From: Chlamydiales bacterium
GTDB taxonomy: Bacteria; Chlamydiota; Chlamydiia; Chlamydiales; JARBTQ01
NCBI GenBank assembly: GCA_029240075.1
Contig: JARBTQ010000006.1
Location: 2,544-66,543 of the forward strand
Reading direction: 5' to 3'
DNA length: 64,000 bases
Part shown: in pieces, positions 59,940 to 64,000 of the stretch
Position numbering within the stretch: position 1 is the stretch's first letter
Layout: the number at the start of each line of letters is the position of its first letter
Notes under the pieces: generated by a model
Seen by the model: the letters and a program-made list of their open reading frames with translations, nothing else
Told to the model about the DNA's origin: nothing
Database searches by the model: none
Program-made: the position numbers and the translations under genes

Positions 59940-60490
59940 AACCTATTCCACTAATTGTTGAATCTAAAATAAAATGAAGTAACTATTAACAAGAGCCCTC
60001 CATATCAAAGGTAACTGCTCCTATTGGACAAAGTAGCATCAAAATTTTCTTTGTAGCCAGGCATGACACCTCTTTACCATCTATCTAATTGAACGTCAAT
60101 CTTGCGATAAGCGTGCATCTTTTACGATTTTGCGATTCTTACGACAAGCAGTACAAAGTAATACATTATGATTAAGTATACTGGTCCGTAATGGCTCACT
60201 AGCATATCCCTTATTAGATTCTAAAAGAGGGAGCGCTTTATTCTCTCTTAAAGGTTTTAACCCGTCTTCAAAATAATTGTATTCCGAGTATTCTTAAATG
60301 ATGCATGTAGTATACTTTTCTCTTTTTTAGATATTTCGGCAGGTAGAAAGGCTTTTATCTTTTCCCATTTTTGATCTGTTAAATCTTTAAATTTTCCATT
60401 TCTCCTAAAGGACTTTCCCTTTTTACTCCAAAGCGTAAAAAGAGATATTTTAACAAAAAAGTCATTTTATTGTGTTTAGTGGGGTAGATT
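59940..60490 (-). mobile_element. Eroded, internally deleted IS5-family insertion sequence
   Basis: Imperfect TIRs AACCTATTCCACTAA / AATCTACCCCACTAA (reverse complement); minus-strand fragments FKDLTDQKWEKIKAFLP, SNKGYASEPLR and RCHAWLQRKF with stops and frameshifts. Confidence 0.75.
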
Positions 60491-60681
60491 CATGTCTTGT
60501 TTATAATGATGCTTGATAAAAAGGCCATAATGCAATTGTAAAAACAGAAGGCAAAATTTTTTTATTCCTCTCGCATTATCTATTATTTATCTAAATTAAT
60601 TTTAAAAATCAGGCTGAATAGGGTATTTTATACCGTATTTTTTATAAATTCAGTTATTGTATTATTCTTATGTTAAAATAA

Positions 60682-60804
60682 GAACCTATCCTAATAAAAT
60701 TTAAATAATGTATGGTTAATGACTTATGCAAAAAGCCTTCTTTTCAGAAAATAACCGATATACACGTGTTTAGGTTATTTAATGAACAATACTGGGATAG
60801 GTTC
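60682..60804. mobile_element. ~123-bp MITE with IS5-like termini
   Basis: GAACCTATCCTAATA left; right reverse complement GAACCTATCCCAGTA; no ORF. Confidence 0.6.
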
Positions 60805-60955
60805 GTCCGAAATATATCGTTTTATTTTTAATGAATATTATGTTATAGTTTGTTTATACTCAAAATTTATTTATCTTTTTGGTGTTTAACTTTGAGTTAT
60901 ATAATTGCATTAAAAACGCTCTATTTAAAATAATTAAAATGAAAAAAGGATACTT

Positions 60956-62587
60956 ATGATAGAACTTAATTCTTGTTCTAAGCCTCCTGTCAGTGTACAA
61001 GGTCTAGATAAGATGCAGGATGGGGTAACAAAGGTTGCTTCTCCCTTACAATTAGGCTTAAGTAAGATTACAGAGTTAGGTAAAAATGCTTCTAATCTTT
61101 ATACTATAGCTCGTAATGCTCCAGGAATTGGAATGGGTATAGCGACAACTATGTCGGGAATTAGCGAGCTTTCTTCTGGTAATTATTTCTCGGGATTTGC
61201 TACGACAGCCACCGGTGTAGAAAAATTAGTGTATTCTTTAAAAAACTGGAAGAGTGGAAATAATAAGGTTTCTGAACTTATCCAAGATGCTAAATCTGAG
61301 ATAAGCTTTATTATATCAGCAAGTAAAGCAAGTGAAAATTCACTGGAAATGTTATCTGCTAACCTCAAAAATATTGAGAAAATGGTAGATAAACTAAATA
61401 TTAGAATTACAGAAACTAAAGAATTGGCTCAAAATGGCCGAAAAGAGCTTTCAAAACAAAATTTGGAAATTTTACAATCCTTAGAGAATGCAAGAAATTC
61501 TTGTATGAACGTACATGATAAATTTGCTAAAGTTCAGAAAGCTATGGATACAGCTTATACAAATTTTGAGTCATCTTTAAAGCACTTAGATAAAATAGCA
61601 AAGCTAACTAAAGATTCTGAATTAGGGGAAAAAGAAGCCTTGGCACAAATTAATCAGGCCTGTGAAACCTTAAGTCAAGAATATAACAAGAGTATGCAGC
61701 TCCTTAGCGATGCTATACAGTTAAATAAAGGCGCTTTGGTTGAGCATGGGGTATCTATTGAAGAGGCAGACAGAGCTTCTGAGCTTTATGCTCGGTTCAG
61801 TGCTACTGCTCAGCATTATTTATCTGAGATAGACAAGAAAGCTGAAATCGATCGTCATATTCAAGAAAAATTAGACCATGGTCAAAAAGAGATTAAAAAG
61901 ATCCAAGGTCGCTTAGCTGATATCAAGGATCATGCTAATAGTGCATCTGACAAATTGGATGCAGCTTATCAAGCAGGGGAGGAAGCTTGGGGATGGACAA
62001 GCACAATTTCATGTGCTGCTACTGCCGTAGTCTCTGCTCCTAGCCTTGGGTTACCTGCTGCTTTAGCTGCTGGAGCTGCTGCGGGTGGCGTTGTCCATAA
62101 AAATCGTGACTTGCGGAATGAACTATATTCGAAGGCTGTGAATCAACTTGAAGATGCTGCTGGTATTGTATTCCCTAAAGCAGCGCAATTCAGTGTAAGT
62201 GATTTTATTTCTTTTAAATTTGATGATCGTTCTAGTGGGCTTTGGGGAAGATTTATAGAAAGAAGACCCTCTTTCACTTTAGGAACGCTAACGCTTAAAT
62301 TGGGAGAAGGTGTAGCTTTAGATTTAAGAGTAGACCTAAATAATAAGCAACAACCTATCCGCACATGTGACATTGCAAAGCTAATAGATGTCATGAAGCA
62401 GCAAGTTGCAAAGGGTAAATTAAGAACAGCGGATGCTCTAGCTATTGCTCAGCATTTAGAGACCATGGTCATTGATCGTGGCGATAGACATCCTCCCAAA
62501 AAAGGCCTTATTTCTGCTAATTACTTGAAGGATATAAAAGAGCCTTGTCAAGATTTAATGGACTTAGGCTGCAGTTTGATACGATAA
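60956..62587 (+). CDS. Long coiled-coil protein with Gly/Ala hydrophobic hairpin (candidate membrane-targeting effector)
   Basis: ~300 aa of heptad-like sequence flanked by GIGMGIATTMSG and TTISCAATAVVSAPSLGLPAALAAGAAAGGVV. Confidence 0.7.
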   Translation: MIELNSCSKPPVSVQGLDKMQDGVTKVASPLQLGLSKITELGKNASNLYTIARNAPGIGMGIATTMSGISELSSGNYFSGFATTATGVEKLVYSLKNWKSGNNKVSELIQDAKSEISFIISASKASENSLEMLSANLKNIEKMVDKLNIRITETKELAQNGRKELSKQNLEILQSLENARNSCMNVHDKFAKVQKAMDTAYTNFESSLKHLDKIAKLTKDSELGEKEALAQINQACETLSQEYNKSMQLLSDAIQLNKGALVEHGVSIEEADRASELYARFSATAQHYLSEIDKKAEIDRHIQEKLDHGQKEIKKIQGRLADIKDHANSASDKLDAAYQAGEEAWGWTSTISCAATAVVSAPSLGLPAALAAGAAAGGVVHKNRDLRNELYSKAVNQLEDAAGIVFPKAAQFSVSDFISFKFDDRSSGLWGRFIERRPSFTLGTLTLKLGEGVALDLRVDLNNKQQPIRTCDIAKLIDVMKQQVAKGKLRTADALAIAQHLETMVIDRGDRHPPKKGLISANYLKDIKEPCQDLMDLGCSLIR

Positions 62588-62595
62588 ACTCCCTA

Positions 62596-62628
62596 AGCCG
62601 ACACCTATATAAAATGTAGGTGTCGGTT
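62596..62628. terminator. Bidirectional terminator-like hairpin
   Basis: AGCCGACACCTATAT-AAA-ATGTAGGTGTCGGTT between convergent genes. Confidence 0.65.
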
Positions 62629-62641
62629 GATGAAATTAACG

Positions 62642-63553
62642 CTATTCAAGGCTTTCTCTTGCCATGTAATTTCTCCAAATTATTTTCCAGCGTAAATTGT
62701 TTTCTTTATGTTGCTCAATATGACCTAGAATTTTTTTTAGAGACCATTTTGCAAATAAAGTAATTTCCTCTTTTGTAAGGCGGTAAATGATGTAGGATTC
62801 CTTCCCTGCAAATAATTGCTGAAGCTTATGTAAACATTTTTTAAAACGAGTTTGATAAATAACTGTAGCTATCAAAGCATAAGCAATCAATAACACTGCT
62901 AAAGTCTCCAGTAAAATCACAAGTGGGCTATAAACGAAAATTCCTTTCAAGTTTATGTAGGAGATTATAGCTTGTGAGCCAATCAACATTCCTGCTCCCA
63001 AAAACAATTCTTGAGAGTAATAGCTAATAGGTCCTATTAGTCTACGGTACATTTTTGAAGAAGTAGAATATGCAAGAATCTCCTCATAAGGGGAGTCTAC
63101 AAAGTTCATCCTACCAATATGTACTAACTCATGCATAATTATTTCTTGTATATCATAGAAAGCAAAGTACGTTTTTTTGTCCAAAAGCCGAGAATGTAGT
63201 TGGATAATAGGAAGTGGTATTTCAAATTGTTCTGTCATAGAGTAAGAAAAAGTCCAAGTTGCTCCAGCATGCCAATAACTTAGTCCTTCTCTGCTGTAGA
63301 TAATAGTGCTCCATTCGGGGTAAATGTCGAAAGTAGTATGAAGCTTTTCTAATGTAGACTTTAGATCTAAAGTTGAGGATATATTATAGGAGTAACCCTC
63401 TTCGCTTAAAATAGCTAAAGTTAGTTGCCGATCTTGTAAAATTCTAACCCTAGCTTTAAAAATTGCTTCTTGCTCTGTAATTCCTGGGATGAATCCTTTT
63501 TTATTAAGTTCGAAAATCATACTACTATCGATTTCAGTCGTGAGTTCCAACAT
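62642..63553 (-). CDS. Hypothetical membrane protein with HExxH motif
   Basis: IMHELVH..R......EEILAY followed by two TM segments. Confidence 0.7.
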   Translation of the reverse strand: MLELTTEIDSSMIFELNKKGFIPGITEQEAIFKARVRILQDRQLTLAILSEEGYSYNISSTLDLKSTLEKLHTTFDIYPEWSTIIYSREGLSYWHAGATWTFSYSMTEQFEIPLPIIQLHSRLLDKKTYFAFYDIQEIIMHELVHIGRMNFVDSPYEEILAYSTSSKMYRRLIGPISYYSQELFLGAGMLIGSQAIISYINLKGIFVYSPLVILLETLAVLLIAYALIATVIYQTRFKKCLHKLQQLFAGKESYIIYRLTKEEITLFAKWSLKKILGHIEQHKENNLRWKIIWRNYMARESLE

Positions 63554-63831
63554 TTCATTTACCGCGAAGATTGAAAATTGAAAAAGAAAAAGTTATTTTG
63601 TTGCTAGCGCAGGGAGTGACGCAATTTCAAAGGCTATAAAGATCTGCTTTTTTTGCGAACTGTACTGAAAGAAAGTGAATCTGACAAAATATTTTTTCTG
63701 TTTTTTTGTAAGGATCTTATACAGAGGGGTGGGAAATGCTTCAGTGTGTAGAGGGGCCTTTTAGTTGATAGCATTGGACTGCTATTCAACTAAATAATAA
63801 CCCCTAATGATAGCTTTCAGCCTTATCTAAG

Positions 63832-63999
63832 CTAACGATTACTTTCTGGTATGAGTACTCTAGAATAACTTAGATTTATTATTGTAGTATTAAGAGCTGA
63901 GAAGTTGGTAGGATTCATATATATGCTTCTAAGATCATGACAAGACGCAATTACATCTTTAAAAAGCTCATTTGCTTCTTGATTTTCTTTAAATACTGC
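63832..63999 (-). CDS. Possible 3' end of a gene entering from beyond the window
   Basis: Open frame ...AVFKENQEANELFKDVIASCHDLRSIYMNP...IPESNR*. Confidence 0.35.
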   Translation of the reverse strand, partial: AVFKENQEANELFKDVIASCHDLRSIYMNPTNFSALNTTIINLSYSRVLIPESNR

Positions 64000-64000
64000 T

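Noticed and set aside
1476-62394. About 30 short ORFs in the track overlapping larger genes (e.g. 8605-8919, 11197-11517, 32660-33103, 34470-34793, 41986-42336, 52874-53284)
   Set aside because: Antisense or off-frame shadows of well-supported genes with no recognisable motifs
60956-62587. Methyl-accepting chemotaxis protein
   Set aside because: The conserved MCP tip motif (LLALNAAIEAARAGE.GRGF) is absent

Overview
AT-rich bacterial chromosome segment, almost certainly from an environmental member of the phylum Chlamydiota. Markers are a plant/chlamydia-type FabI, an Npt/TLC nucleotide translocase, a flavodoxin-less CysJ, a eukaryote-type UDP-GlcNAc pyrophosphorylase, an F-box effector, and chlamydial gene neighbourhoods around rho-polA and tatD-exbB-exbD-tolA. 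The dominant signal is an apparently intact flagellar gene set in three loci among core genes. Locus 1 is flgF-G-A-H-I-J-N-K-L plus fliW, behind a clean sigma54 -24/-12 motif (rpoN is in the window). Locus 2 is fliF-G-H-I-J plus a ylxF/flbB-like gene, ending at the CT715-like pyrophosphorylase; this looks like the complete version of the vestigial Chlamydiaceae fliF-fliH-fliI locus. Locus 3 is a flagellin whose variable region looks like a six-bladed beta-propeller, divergent from a ~2,700-aa LEPR-XLL/DUF4347/FG-GAP/LVIVD/LamG/cadherin-like adhesin. Non-coding signals include a ~190-nt rod-like structured RNA candidate before fliF, a sigma28-like promoter with no adjacent ORF after fliW, a family of ~70-bp palindromic elements, an eroded IS5 element with a MITE, and tRNA-Asn. 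All family assignments come from motif recognition by eye; no searches were run.
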